Assembly (NCBI RefSeq): GCF_018977255.1
Contig: NW_024704743.1
Location: 65,846,001 to 65,910,000, forward strand
Source: Callorhinchus milii
Taxonomy: Eukaryota
Reading direction: 5' to 3'
Length of the DNA: 64,000 nt
Shown here: positions 23,215-35,849 of the stretch, one piece after another
How the letters are laid out: each line of letters opens with the position of its first letter
How positions within the stretch are numbered: the first letter of the stretch is position 1
Position numbers and translations under genes: made by a program
The notes under the pieces: generated by a model
What the model saw: the letters and a program-made list of their open reading frames with translations, nothing else
Databases searched by the model: none
Told to the model about the DNA's origin: nothing

Positions 23215-23600
23215 TTCCTTCTCACACCCATGGTCACCCCATTGACCTGGACATCACCATCATTGATAAAGCCATCTCCGACTATTATTTAATCTCTCTT
23301 AACTCTTCCATCCCACTTCCTGCCACCCTACCCATCCCTATATCCTAGCCTCTGAAAACAAAAAAAAGCCTCCCTCTCTCCTGCCCGAGAGTTATCTGAA
23401 CTCCTCCCTCTCTGGATCTCTTCCCCCAATGACTTATCCTCCATGGTCACTCTCCTTTGCAACTCCCTCTCTGCTACTCTCGACACCCTTGCCCTTGTCA
23501 CCACACCAGCACCGCCTCCTGCATCCACAAGTCACCCTGGTACATCCGTCACTTCCACTCCCTCAAGTTCCAGGTGCGTGCCGCTTAACGCACCTGGCAC
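23215..23600 (+). mobile_element. L2 internal fragment (endonuclease-RT linker)
   Basis: HTHGHPxDL and ISDY motifs; CTCGACACCCTTGCCC...CCCTGGTAC (LDTLAP...PWY). Confidence 0.6.
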
Positions 23601-23616
23601 AAATTTAACCTAATGG

Positions 23617-23895
23617 ATAATAATAATAATCCTTGCATTTTGATACAGTGCTTTTCATGTCTTCTAGACATCTCAAAGCGCTTTACAGAATATATTGTAA
23701 AGTGATTTGGCTGTTGCAAAATGCGGCAGCCAAGTGTCCCACAAACAGTTGTGGGTTGAAGTGACCAATTGTTTTTTGAGGGATTATTATCAGGCGTGTG
23801 GAGTAAGGAAATTTGCCCAAGGTTTTGCCCTGCTGAGAATCAAACCCAGGTCTCTCTTTTGCGAGGCGAGTGCTCTAACCACTGAGCTACAGGAC
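23617..23895 (-). mobile_element. Young-type tRNA SINE with internal deletion
   Basis: (AAT)n tail; ends in GTGCTCTAACCACTGAGCTACAGGAC. Confidence 0.9.
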
Positions 23896-24056
23896 TACAG
23901 GATCACCGGTAGATCTGCCTGAACTATATATATCTTCCACTCTGTGCTCTCCTCAGTTAAATTGTGGAGGACAGCATCTCCGACAAATCAACACCCCCCA
24001 GCACTGCACTGCAGTATCAACCTGGACTGAGAGTTCAAACAAAGGGCTTGCAATTA

Positions 24057-24083
24057 CAGTCAAACCTGTCTCTGACAACCACT
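24057..24083 (+). mobile_element. Solo Tc1/mariner-type TIR remnant
   Basis: TA-CAGTCAAACCTGTCTCTGACAACCAC matches the ends of the element at 59319-59849. Confidence 0.5.
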
Positions 24084-25999
24084 ACAAAGTGTGATGCCAA
24101 GTGCAGCAATATTGATGAGCCAGAATTGTCAAAAATAGGATGAAGGCAAGAGTGACTGAGAGATTACAACTGGCACAAAATGCTGATTGTATCAGCCAAA
24201 ATAGGGCAAAAGAAGAGAAGCATTGCAAATGTACGATGGAGAGAAGTCAGCAGTAGTCAACGGGCAAAGGTCTCCAGCTTGGCATCTCTTTTAATGATGA
24301 CTGTTTTGGCAAACCCTAGATTGCACTTGAGAAAAATGGCAAGGTTGCAATATGTAACATCCACTGAGAGGAGAATATGAGGATGGTATAGTTATTATCA
24401 GGAGGCGGATATCCTAAAATCAAGCAAGAACAGAGCAGCTGGCAAGATTTGTCAGCAGAAAACTCATATTTAGCTGCCAAGAAAAATATCTAACCTAATG
24501 AGACAAACTAGTCCAATTATACCCTTTTATCTATCTTTTATTTAGAATAGTTATATAAAACTTCAAGATTATTTCCAAGAACTATTAATCCCTCCCTACA
24601 CACTCTGTAACAAATGCTGTCAGTTACAATTATATAGTTGAATGGATCAAGCCTTGTTTGTACCCAAGAAAGGAAACATTCTGATCTGAACATCAAGTAT
24701 TTGTGAACATGGCCAAGATTTTAAATAGACTGTTCTGGAGTAATCTTATGATAATTTAGTTCTTTGACCCATATTTCTTTGCGTAAACAACATTGTTTCA
24801 GTAAAGGTCCTCTGGTACAGAAAGATAAAACTCAATAGATCATCGTTGAATACCATTTGTACTCAGTGAGCTAGGAACATACAAAACCAGAATGAAAAAG
24901 CATCCTTTCAGTCCAGCATTTACTTTGCTGACATCTTTTTAACACATATAATCCTAGCATTTGATACGGCATCATTCCACATTTGAAGGCATTCTCAAAG
25001 AGCTTCACCAGATATACTGTAAAGTAACTATTTATAGGGAAATGCAATAGATAATTTGCACGCAATACAGCAATATTCTCAAAACAGCTATGAAGTGAAT
25101 GAGAATTTTTATCTGAGAATTCTTGGCCAAGATTGTGCATAATTAACATCTCATATTCACTCGCTTGAATATGGGAAGTAAGCAAACATGGGAAAACTTC
25201 CAAGAACAGAAAATGGAAATTTCTCACTGACCTCCACGGTAATCAAAGGAAATCTCCATGATATCAGCTTTACTGAGACTGGAAGAGTCTGCAGCTTATC
25301 GGTTCTGAAGGGGTAGGAACGGATGGCACGGTTATAATTGCATTTTGTCAAAGTCCACTTCACACAAATGCAGAGCAGTTTCTCTCTTCCCCTCTGTGTT
25401 TGGGGGAGGTGAGAATTTGCTTCAATTTGTATATTTCCTTTCTTTCTTCCTTTTTCCATAGCTGAACTTTTAATGCTTTATTTGAGCAGTTTCCCATAAA
25501 AATATTACTATCAAATTGCAGTGGTGACTACTCTGGTGCATTGAAGTATTTTTACTGTTCCCTATGGCGAGGCAGGTTTTAATAACAGTATCTTCAAAGC
25601 AGTTTGATAGTCAAATATGGAAATCGCACCAGTGAGATTTATACTTGTAAAATTTAGATGATCACAGACTGAAGGTATTACTTTTTTAACTTTATAACTG
25701 ATCACTGGATTCAAGCAGGAGCTGGAGGTTGGGTCCTAAGGACATGGTTGGTAAGATACACGCTTGTCTTCCTGACAGACTGCAGTAAGGGCTCTGTATG
25801 CTGAGTCCTCCCAAACTTCGGCTCCTGCCACTGCCCTGGAAGGACTTTCACCAGGGAGGGAGGGAGCGGGTTGGAACGTTGGAAATATCCTCAGGCTGGA
25901 TGTGGCCCGAGGGCCACCAGCTAGCCCATGCTGGATGCAACCAACGGACCTTTCTCAAATAGGGAATGCGGCCTGCTGCAGCCAAAAGGTTGAACCACC

Positions 26000-26542
26000 T
26001 TGGTCTAAACTGACACTCCAATGCAGTGCTGGGGGTGTGCTGCATTGTTGGAGGTGCCATCCTTCAACTATGACTTGAAAACTAAGGTCCCATCCACCTG
26101 TTCAGGTGAACATTAAATATCCATGACACTATTCAAAAACAACAACAAATTATATTCACATTGGAAGGACGTCCCAAGATATTGGGCAGTTACGGATTTG
26201 TACCCAAGCTGGGGGTTGGAATCAAGAGGGATGGGAGTGTGGTCAAAGGCATGGTCAAAGGGAAAGTTCTTGAAACTTGCGGTGGAGTAGATCCCTTCAA
26301 ATTTGGACTTGAGGAAGTCCATCATCTCCTCACATTTGTAGTTAGAGAAAAGGATGGGTGAGGCAATGGAAGTTGGTCGGAGAAGAGGAACCCGGGATTG
26401 TCCTTGGCCTCCAGGATAATCTTGGAATAGAAAGATTTGTTGCCAAGTTTGCATACTAATACACAGTAAAATTCCGTGAAATGTTTTGGGAAATCTCAAT
26501 GATTTGATACTGCGCTATACAAAATGCAAGGATTATTATTCT
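26000..26542 (+). mobile_element. Old Deu-type SINE containing minus-strand L2 pieces (about 26135-26410)
   Basis: CTGACACTCCAATGCAGTGCTG...CCATGACACTATTC, then a (CAA)n L2 tail and the CEEMMDFLKSKFE L2 motif; the SINE tail ends at about 26540. Confidence 0.7.
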
Positions 26543-28139
26543 TATAAACCCAGATTAAAGCTATTCGACTGGCTATTCAACTTATATTGGTTTGCTTAAC
26601 ACCCTCAGGGTAACCTCAAGGACATAAAAGTAATTGTAAATGTACACTCAATTTACTGAAATGGAAAAGGATATTTAAACTCTTGCAAACAAATATTCTT
26701 GAGATGTTCTTAGCTATTTTGTCTCAATGGTTCAATTTTAGCTTCAATTTTAAAATTTGTTTCTTCTTCAGTTATTTCTGGAAATTGGAATTGAAACCTT
26801 ACAGTGAAAGCTACAGGGGCTTCTCTTCCCCCATAGGATTGAGACTCAAAGGAATATAATCAACAGACAGATTGCAAATGTTTTGCAGTTTCCTGATTCA
26901 GGAAGTGACCCTACAGTTCCTGGGCTGTTGCCTTGCTCCTCCCTTTCCTATTTGCCTTTATTTCTTTGTTATGAAACAAAGTTTTAGTATGGACTATCAT
27001 AATTATGCTTTGTAAGTAATACTAAACAATATGTTTCAATTTAAAATTTACATACACATGAATTTAATTTCCTTACAACAGAAAATCTTGGCGGGAACAG
27101 TACATAATCTGAATGTGCAGGATCTTGGTTCCTTTAATGTCTCTGGAAGACCTTACAGCTGTAGCAGTTAATAGTTCCTGACATTTAAAAAAAACTGTTC
27201 TGTGTGCACCAATAATATTTTTCTTTTCAATTGTTTGTATATTTGAATATACCGGACAACAAATTAAACTGGAGCAATTTTTTAGAATTATATGGATTTT
27301 ATGTCCATTATGACAATGTTTAATAGTGTCTTGGAGTTGCATTTTGGGATATTGGGGAAGCTTTCTATAAAGTAAACCCTTTTACCTAAATGTACTTTCT
27401 TTACTTGGCATTTCAGAGTAAGCAGAATTCAGTAACTTCTTAATTTTTAAAGCAGTTTCAAAGTTGAGATTTAATTCAACTATTTGCCAAATGCTGGATA
27501 CTTTGAAAAGCTAACAGAATACATTTACACTTTGGTGGAATTTTTCCACTTAATTTATTCTCTTCCTTTGACTTAGAATGCGGGATTCTACATTTAATTT
27601 TTTGTATCTTCATCTCAGAGTATCTTAATCTTGGTGATAGCATGTACGAGAGCTACTACACACTACACAGAAAACTAGTACAATGACTAACCTGATAAAG
27701 ACATCTCTTGGCAGGTCAACGTTACAATTTGAATTGTCCACTATATCAGTTTTATATGTTCTCCCATCCCCCAGCTCAGGTATCCAGCCAGCAGTGTGAA
27801 GAACTTTGAAACTTCCCAACATGTTAGGTGCTGTATCAATGTAAATTGTATTATATTTCATTAATAAGTGCTTTAGTAATAATTTCATAAGAATAAAGTG
27901 ATATTTTACTTGGTTAGTAAAATAGTAAAATTGGTTAGTTTTACTTGGTTTCACTGTCTTACTTGGTTAGTATATATCTTTAAATTTTGGCAGAGTGTTA
28001 CGTTATTACAGGGCAATGATGACTGTATATCGAAAGGTGTCAAATACAATACAACTTACATTTATGCAGCACCTTTCATATCAGAGGACATCTCAAAGCA
28101 TTTCACATTACTGGCTAGGGGTGGGGAGAGGAAAGATTC

Positions 28140-28445
28140 CCAAAAGTGACTAATTTTATTTTGGGGAATATTGGCCGGGACAGTGAGAGAAACTCCCTTC
28201 CTTTATGAATTGTGCAATGCTATCTTTAATGTCCAGCTGAGTAGACAGATGGAATTTTGGTTTAACACTTCATCCAAAAGGACAGCTGCAACCTCCAACC
28301 ATGCAACTCCAATCATGCAGCACACTTTCAGCACTGTACTGGAGTGTTAGCTTAGGCTATATAGAGTTCCAAGTCCCAACGTGGGGCTTGAACTCACAAT
28401 CTTCTGACTTGGAGGCGAGAGTGCTACCAGTTGAGCCAGGCTCAC
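28140..28445 (-). mobile_element. Old Deu-type SINE 5' portion
   Basis: GGGGCTTGAACTCACAATCTTCTGACTTGGAGGCGAGAGTGCTACCAGTTGAGCCAGG is the reverse complement of the tRNA-like head. Confidence 0.85.
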
Positions 28446-28464
28446 ACACAGTTAATATCTAGGA

Positions 28465-28602
28465 GGCAAAATACTGCATGTGTTGGAAATCTGAAATATT
28501 TATGACCAAAGGTTATTGACCTGAAACTTTAACTCATTTTCCTCTCTCCACAAATGCTGCCTGACCTGCTGCATGTTCCCAGTAACTTCTGTTTTTATTT
28601 AT
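28465..28602. mobile_element. Penelope-like terminal-repeat fragments in opposite orientations
   Basis: GGCAAAATACTGC...GGAAATCTGAAATA, then ...GACCTGAAAC...ATGCTGCCTGACCTGCTG. Confidence 0.55.
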
Positions 28603-28814
28603 TATCTAGAAGGTTGCCCATATAGTCATTGTAAGATTTTTCATAGCAGGTGTTGGCAGGACCACATGGAATGTTACATCTGAGCTCAATTTTGTCTTCA
28701 CCAGGTTTATTTGAAAATACATAAAATGTTATAATTTTGGAATAGGATATTCAGCCCAACTAATCTGTGCTGATGTAAGAAGTCCAACCTGTCTGTGCTG
28801 GTAGGAAGTTAAGA

Positions 28815-29152
28815 ATAATAATCCTTGCATTTGATATCATTGTCATGTCTTCGAAACATCTCAAAGCACTTGAATGAATTGAACGTATATTTTGTGGGCA
28901 AAACGCGGCAGCCAATTGTCCACAGAAGTGTACCACAAACAGTGACCAAATTATTATTTAAATTTTTTTTTAGGGGATTATTACCCCGGTAAAGTGATCC
29001 ACCAATCGACTAACAACTGGGTACCTACTTAATGCTAAGTAAACAGAGGGGTGTGGAGTAAGGAAACTTGCTTAATGTTTCACGTGCCCGGGAATCAAAC
29101 CTGGGGCCTCTTGCTTGCAAGGCGATTGTTCTAACCAATGCACTGAAGGACT
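28815..29152 (-). mobile_element. Long-variant tRNA SINE with extra internal module
   Basis: Same head and tail as the young SINE, plus an extra block containing GGTACCTACTTAATGCTAAGTAAACAGAGG that is shared with 46286-46657. Confidence 0.85.
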
Positions 29153-31329
29153 CACTAACGCACACACTTTGTATAGTGGTCTCTAGATTATAATAGGAAG
29201 AAGTACTTTTACTCACTTCTCCATCTTTAACCCAGAGAGCTCCCCATCTGACAACAGCTAACTTTCCTGGTCTGTATGCCTCAGTTGCTCACTGAATAAA
29301 CTCGCTGAGCCATTGCAGGAATTTGGATAAAACCTTGATGACTTACAATCATAATAAGTCCAAGAAAAGCTGAAACAGTTGTGGACCACCCAGTGCAGTA
29401 ATAGCAAGAAGTCTGGTAATTTTTCTGGACTTTTTGTCTGGATTTTCTGGGAACAATTTTTTTATATGACTATGTCATCTTTTGACCCAGTTAACTGATT
29501 CCTGTTATTGGTTACCCGCAAGATTATGAGACTGCCTTAATAAAGTTAGAATAAAACGGAAACAACTGCTGGAAAATTAATATTGCCTTGTGATCACTTT
29601 CAACAAAGCCATTAATGAGATCAAGATTCATTATGATAAGAGATTTTGAGAGAACAGGCATGATCAAAGAGACAATTAAAAATTGGGTAGATCACGGAAC
29701 AAAACATATTATAGCATTGAATTTCTTAGGTTGATGAGATGAAAGCATTCAGAATATCTACTATGTATGAATTTCATTAAAATTCCACCGTTGCATATGT
29801 GCTGCTGATGTTACATTCATTATTATAATAATATTTTTTTCCAGAATTTATGAATTCTGTATTGATATATTAGAGCAAATTTGTAAATAAACACAAGTTT
29901 TTAAAGGATGTTAGGTTGTTTTTTTCTTAATGGAATCTAACTAAAATTTCACAAAATGTTTCTGGGGAAACAATTCTACAAATAGTGTTTGTTACATCAA
30001 AGTTATTAATAACAAAGTTGAACATTCATAAACCGGCAAATAAAATGTAAAGTGTCCATATTTACTGCAAATGCACTTTCATTCCTACAACAGTAAAACA
30101 AAACTTTTGGAAAAAGTTTATTTGTATTAGTATTCTGAGGTGAGTGAGTTGTTGTCTAGTAACCTTCTTAGAATTTAGTTATAAAGATTATCTTTAACAT
30201 GCTTGTTTGACGTCTGGATTGTTGCAGAAAATGTGTTTGCTTTAACAGTGAAATCTGGTGATAATAGGTGCTTCTAGTGTGATTCCTTAATAAATAGAAG
30301 TGGGGACTTCTTACAGTAACCAGATTATGCCATACACTGCAACTCCATATTGAAAGTAGATTGTGTCCAAGTGGAGTTCAGCATGATGTACTATCGCTTC
30401 TCTTATTAAGAAATTCCATTGGAAGTCACAGAATATTGGAATATTTTATCATTTGGGTAACTGTGTGGTACAACTCTGACTTTGCAAAAAGAGCTGAGCT
30501 GCAGATGATCTGGGAGTCGGGAGACCTTACTATAAAGATGTAGTGAAATGCTATTTTTAGCAATCAGATTAAGATAAAACCCCTGGAGCCTGCTAGTTAA
30601 TGTCTAAAATGTTAGAATGTTGGTCAAAATAGGATATCTGTTTTGTGGTGTATAATTGCACACATTATAATTCATGACATCTTATATTTTCCACTCGCTT
30701 GTGCCTGGTGGTAATGTCTGCTGCCAGACTCAAACTCCAGCTAATCTCATATAAGAAATGGAAGAGGTAGAATAATTCCTAGTTGTAATTTCCAATGGAA
30801 AATCTCAGGAATTGTTAAACTGAAGAATAAGATTTACCAATTTCGACTTGAACTTGTATTACCTGAGAACGATAAAAGAAATTTAAGAAACATAATTCAT
30901 CTTTCTAGGCCAATCGCTTATCTAAAGGCATAGCTTGAGGTGCTTGTGGCCCAGCTGATCACTACTCAATCAAATGTGTAAGGAAATGCAAAGTGCCTGA
31001 ATAGTTAACTGTCTAGATGCTGATTTGCTGCAGTGAATATCTCAGTACATGTCCTTTTAGGGTGAGGTAACTAACTACTTCAAAATACAATTAATTGATG
31101 TTTTTATTAAGATCAATCATTCTAGCATTTGGTTATCCTAAATTTAAATGATACAATAAATAAAACTGATGGAAATTCTTAATAAAAATGGCACAACAAT
31201 GTGACAGGCTCCGCAAACAGAAACCTAAAGTCCTGAAGACTGTAATTTCCATATCCAGCGGAGATCTTCATTTCAGCGGCTTGTTTGTGAAGAGACTGTA
31301 TGTGGGAAGTGGATTGCCAACAAGGTTAG

Positions 31330-31770
31330 TGGTAAAGGGAGTTTCTCTCCGAAAGGGAGTTTCTCCCAATGTCCTGGCCAACAATCCCCAAATGAAATTG
31401 ATCGCTCAGTCCATGGCTGTTTGTGGGACATTTGTGTGTGCAAATTGGTGTGCTACATTTGCCCACAAAATGCATAGCCTACACTACACTTTACAGTATA
31501 TCTGTGAAGAGCTTTGAGACATCTCAGTTACATGATGAAGCACTATATCAAATGCAAGGATTATTATCAGTCAGTCATTTTATGTCAGTCAGCCTGTGTC
31601 TGTTTGGCTCAGTTGGTAGCACTCCCACTTCTGAGTCAGAAGGTTGTGTATTCAAGCCACACGTTGGGACTTGGAGCTCATATAGTCTAAGATGACCCTT
31701 GGATGAGATCTTAAACCAAGGGGCTGTCTGTCTGCCTGTTCAAGTTGATATTAAAGAGGCCATGGCATTA
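31330..31770 (+). mobile_element. Two old Deu-type SINE halves (3' half, then 5' half)
   Basis: AAGGGAGTTTCTCCC...ATCAAATGCAAGGATTATT, followed by the GGCTCAGTTGGTAGCACTCCCACTTCTGAGTCAGAAGG head. Confidence 0.8.
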
Positions 31771-32929
31771 TTTATAAAGGTTTGGAGAAAGCAGGAAATC
31801 ATTTCAAACCCTTTATGATAAAACAGATTTTACATTACATCCTCATATTCTCATCAGCCTACATCAATTTTCATTTACAGTAAAAACAATGATAATTATT
31901 GAAATGAATGATGAGAATGGTGAACTAAAGTGAAACCTCTCAGTTCCACTCTCTTTGCAACTTTCAACTTGTACTTTCAGCAAGTGGTAATGCTCTTGGG
32001 ATAATGATGATCCTTTTCTAAAGCCTATTGTGATTCATCTTGTTGTTGGAGAGACTATCATTGGAAGATGATTTGGATGTTGCTAAGGAGTTTTCAGAAG
32101 ACCCACATATGGCTTCATGCCACTTGTAAACGTTTTCTGCCAGTTGAACTCAGGCCTCTCTGAAACATGATTCCAAACTGAAATCATATTGTCACTCGAG
32201 GCATCCAGCACATCATACATTCTCTGAAGAGGACATTTGATACTGAGATGTGCTTTTTTGGGGTGAGGCGGGGGTGGGGGAGGATTAATACAAAGTGCTC
32301 AACACTTCACAATGAAAATCATGTTTCTCCTGGGAATCCCGCAGATGGCTTGATGATTCACAAAACCTCAGATCCAAGGGACAATTGGGTCAGAGCCAAG
32401 ATCTTTCAGGTCGGTATTCCGGACATGGGATTTTCCCGAGAAAACTATTTATATTCTGAGCTGCTTGTTCCAAGGATGAGGTGCCCGGAACAGTTGCGCT
32501 TTCAAGGGGGATTGTTTTTTTCAAACCCATTTTCCATTTTTGTAAATATGTTACTGTTTAGGTTGCAATATACATTTAATGATTATAATTAAGAATCCTA
32601 AAATGTTCACTGAATAAAACATTTGGGGCTTTGGTTTTGTTTTGTCATTTTACTGCCCAGTATATCATCAGACGATCTAGGCATTAACCTTTTCAAGCAC
32701 TGTGGATGAGTTCAAATTGTGATTTCAACAACTATACTTGTTGATGACTCATTTCCTGGTTTAGGTATGAAAATCATAGTGTGAATTTGACCTGGTCACA
32801 TCTATGAATCATTCCCATCAATCTGTCTTGTCAATTTTTGTTTGCTTTAAAATTGTCCTGAAAGGCTTCTTTTTCAGCCAAGGAAAAACTCTGTAAAATA
32901 TTTACCACCTTTCTCCTGAAAGCAAGTGC

Positions 32930-33700
32930 GACAACAACAACTTGCATTTATATATAGTGCACTTCATATGGGGTCGCATCTCAGAAGCCTTAACATTAGT
33001 GAGTAGTGAGTGCCAGGACATGCAATGATTTGTACGTGAGTGTGAGGATTTTTAAACCGATATGTTTTGTAATGGGGAGCCAGTGGCACTGGGCAAGGAC
33101 TGGCATAAAGTTTGATGCAGGTGAGGATAAGAGCAGCGGAGTTTTGAATTAATTGGATTGTATGAATGGTGGTAAAAGGGAAACTGGAGGAGAGCATTGG
33201 AACAATTGAGATGGGAGATGATGAATGCGTGGATGAGGGTTTCAGCTACATTAAATGTGAGGTATGATTGGAGGGGGGCAATGTAGCAGAGGTGGAGGAA
33301 TACAAGGATGGAGCCCTGGTCACAGTAGGAGAAGATGTCATTGGTGACTTTGATGGGTGGGTTTCTGATGAGAGGAGTGGAATGGAGCCTGAGGAGAGTG
33401 ACTGGTTGACTGGGTCAGCCAGTAGGGGGCAGAGGAAGGGCAGTTTGGTGACCAACACCTGGGTGGGAAGGGGGTCCAGTTAACAAGTGATGGGCTTTGT
33501 ATGGATGATGATGGTTGGGAAACAGGAGGGAGAAATGGGGACAAATGAGTGGTGGGTAGAAGGAATGGTAGGAGCAGTGGTGAAAAGAGTGTGTGATGTA
33601 GAAGCATAGGGGGGTTCTGGTTGCTGGAGGACACAGGGGAAGAAGAGGAGGCAGCCGAGTGGAAATTAAAAGAAAAAGGACAGAAAAATAATAGAGTAAG
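32930..33700 (-). mobile_element. Degenerate L2 fragments
   Basis: (CAA)n tail, IQLIQNSAA motif, and a reverse-strand KVTND-like region at about 33320-33350. Confidence 0.75.
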
Positions 33701-33879
33701 CATGGGTAATTTCTAAAAAAAAGGCTTAGGGTTAATTATGCAGTAATCATAGTAATGGGATGTTTAACATTAGTACTGTTGTTCAATTCCAGTGTGAATT
33801 GAAATTGCACAGAACACAATCTCGGCTGCTGGAGACAGAATGTTCAATATGACTTGTCAGAGTCCTGGGAAATCTTAAA

Positions 33880-34092
33880 CAAAAACAAAAAATTTTAGGG
33901 ACACTCAACAGGTAAGGCAGCATCTATGGAGAGAGGAGAGTTAATACTTCAGGTTGAATCTTAACTCACTTTCCTCTCTGGAAATGTTAACTCACTTTCC
34001 TCTCTCCATAGATGCTGCCTAACCTGCTGAATGTTCCCAGCGACTTGGTTTTTATTTAAGATTTCCAGCATCTGCAGTATTTTGCCTTTTGT
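33880..34092. mobile_element. Inverted pair of Penelope-like terminal repeats
   Basis: 33898-33937 is an imperfect reverse complement of 33998-34038; there is an internal tandem duplication of TTAACTCACTTTCCTCTCT. Confidence 0.6.
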
Positions 34093-35849
34093 TTCCTGGG
34101 AGATAAGGATGCTTTGAGCAATATTTGCATTATTGTTTTATCAGAGAAACAATATTCGTCTTAGCCTTACAATTATTGTCGTAAAAGTTAAGATCGGTGA
34201 GATATTTGAAGGTCACAGTCTAAAAATCAGTCTTAATTTGGAAGTCGTTTTTCCGCAGATCTTATGGTCTGTGATAAGTTGAAGCATCAATATGCTTCTA
34301 TACAACCTGCTGTTCACTTGTGGAAGTTAGAATGGAATGAAGTCTGTGCGGATAATTAGCACGAAAGACAAAGAAAGTTAGCAATGAGAATGAATGGAAT
34401 GAGCCACAGAGAGGCAAAAAGAAGTCAAAGGGACAAAGAACCACTGAGAGACAGTGAGAGGTAACTGCTGGGAAGGCGACATAAGAATTTGAGAGGGCCA
34501 CGTACATTTCAAAAGCACTGCTGAAAGGGACAGATGAGTGTAGTTGTTTGAGAGTCCGACACTAAAACTTGGAAAAGCAACAGATTCACAGTCGTGAAGG
34601 CACAAGGGGCTTTATTGTACTTGATAATGAATGGAAGAAAAATATCCCGTATAGTTACATTCAAAGTTCCATGCTGGAAGTAAATGTGTGCCAAAATAAA
34701 AATAAACCACTGTTAATACACCAAACATTGGTGTAATACAACATAAATTATTTGAGACTGTTTATTACACCCTGTTCTCAACATTTGGAAATGAAATATA
34801 CTCTTTCTGAAGACCTCCCTCTTGGACACCCTTAAATTACACATGTAAAGTTGCCTGAAAATTGAAATCAGCATCTCCTAATCTGTAATTTAGCATGGTC
34901 CCTAAACGTTACTGTATTTCAGTACAAATCAAATTACTGACGAAACAAACAATCTACCAATATTTGTTTTACTTTATTGACTTAACCACAGTTTTCTCCT
35001 ATCATTTCCTCTTTGAGCCCGATGGCCACTAAATAGTCCCTTTCATCCGAAGGCAGATTAAACCCGAGAAACCTAAAACCATGGTAAAGGGCAATGCTTG
35101 CAGTGCAGAACATCAACAAGAATGAAGACAAGATTTTTTTTAATTGTAAACTGGTTCTTAATGTTCAGTTACTTCCCTTCTCAAGACCCTTGTCACTGAT
35201 GCCATTACCTCAGGGTTAGAAGCAAATATGGTTGAGTGTCTTCTAACTTGCCTCATTTGGCTATGGTAGCCATTCATCAATGTTACATAAGAAGAAGGAG
35301 GAAGAACTTATGTTTTTATAACATTTCATGTGTTGAACAAATGTCTTGAAGTGCTTCGAAAGTGATTACTGTGAAATATATTGGTTGTTTTCCAGGTAAA
35401 GGCTGCACTAATTCTTGCTAGCACAATCTCCCAAACAACCAAGGGTGGAGTGCACAGATATGTTAAATCGCTGTCAGACAGATGTCAACCTGGCTCCGTT
35501 GGCAGCACTCTTGCCTCTGAGTCAAAAGATTGTGGGTCTGCCTGGAATCCTGCATGTGAATATCAAACATTAATGCCTGTTGTAAGAGTCACTCTGAATG
35601 GCTCAAGCAATGGAAATTTTTGTTTGGTTTTCCAAACCATCTTCTCAGTGAGACCTTCTTTTACTCATGTGCATGCTTGTGGAGATGTTTCAGTGCTGTC
35701 ATCTGCTACGGTTGCATCATATTAGCGCCATATATCACTGTCACCCATCCTTTGTCCCTTTTAGACATCCTGAATAATATAATGTGTGATTTCATGGAAA
35801 TTTGCATTATTTTACTACATTTTCTGTCCTGAACTAAGCTTCCCCTGAG

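Noticed and set aside
34259..34694. Possible exon after TTTTTCCGCAG and overlapping short ORFs
   Set aside because: All three + frames hit stops shortly after the acceptor, and no domain is recognisable.
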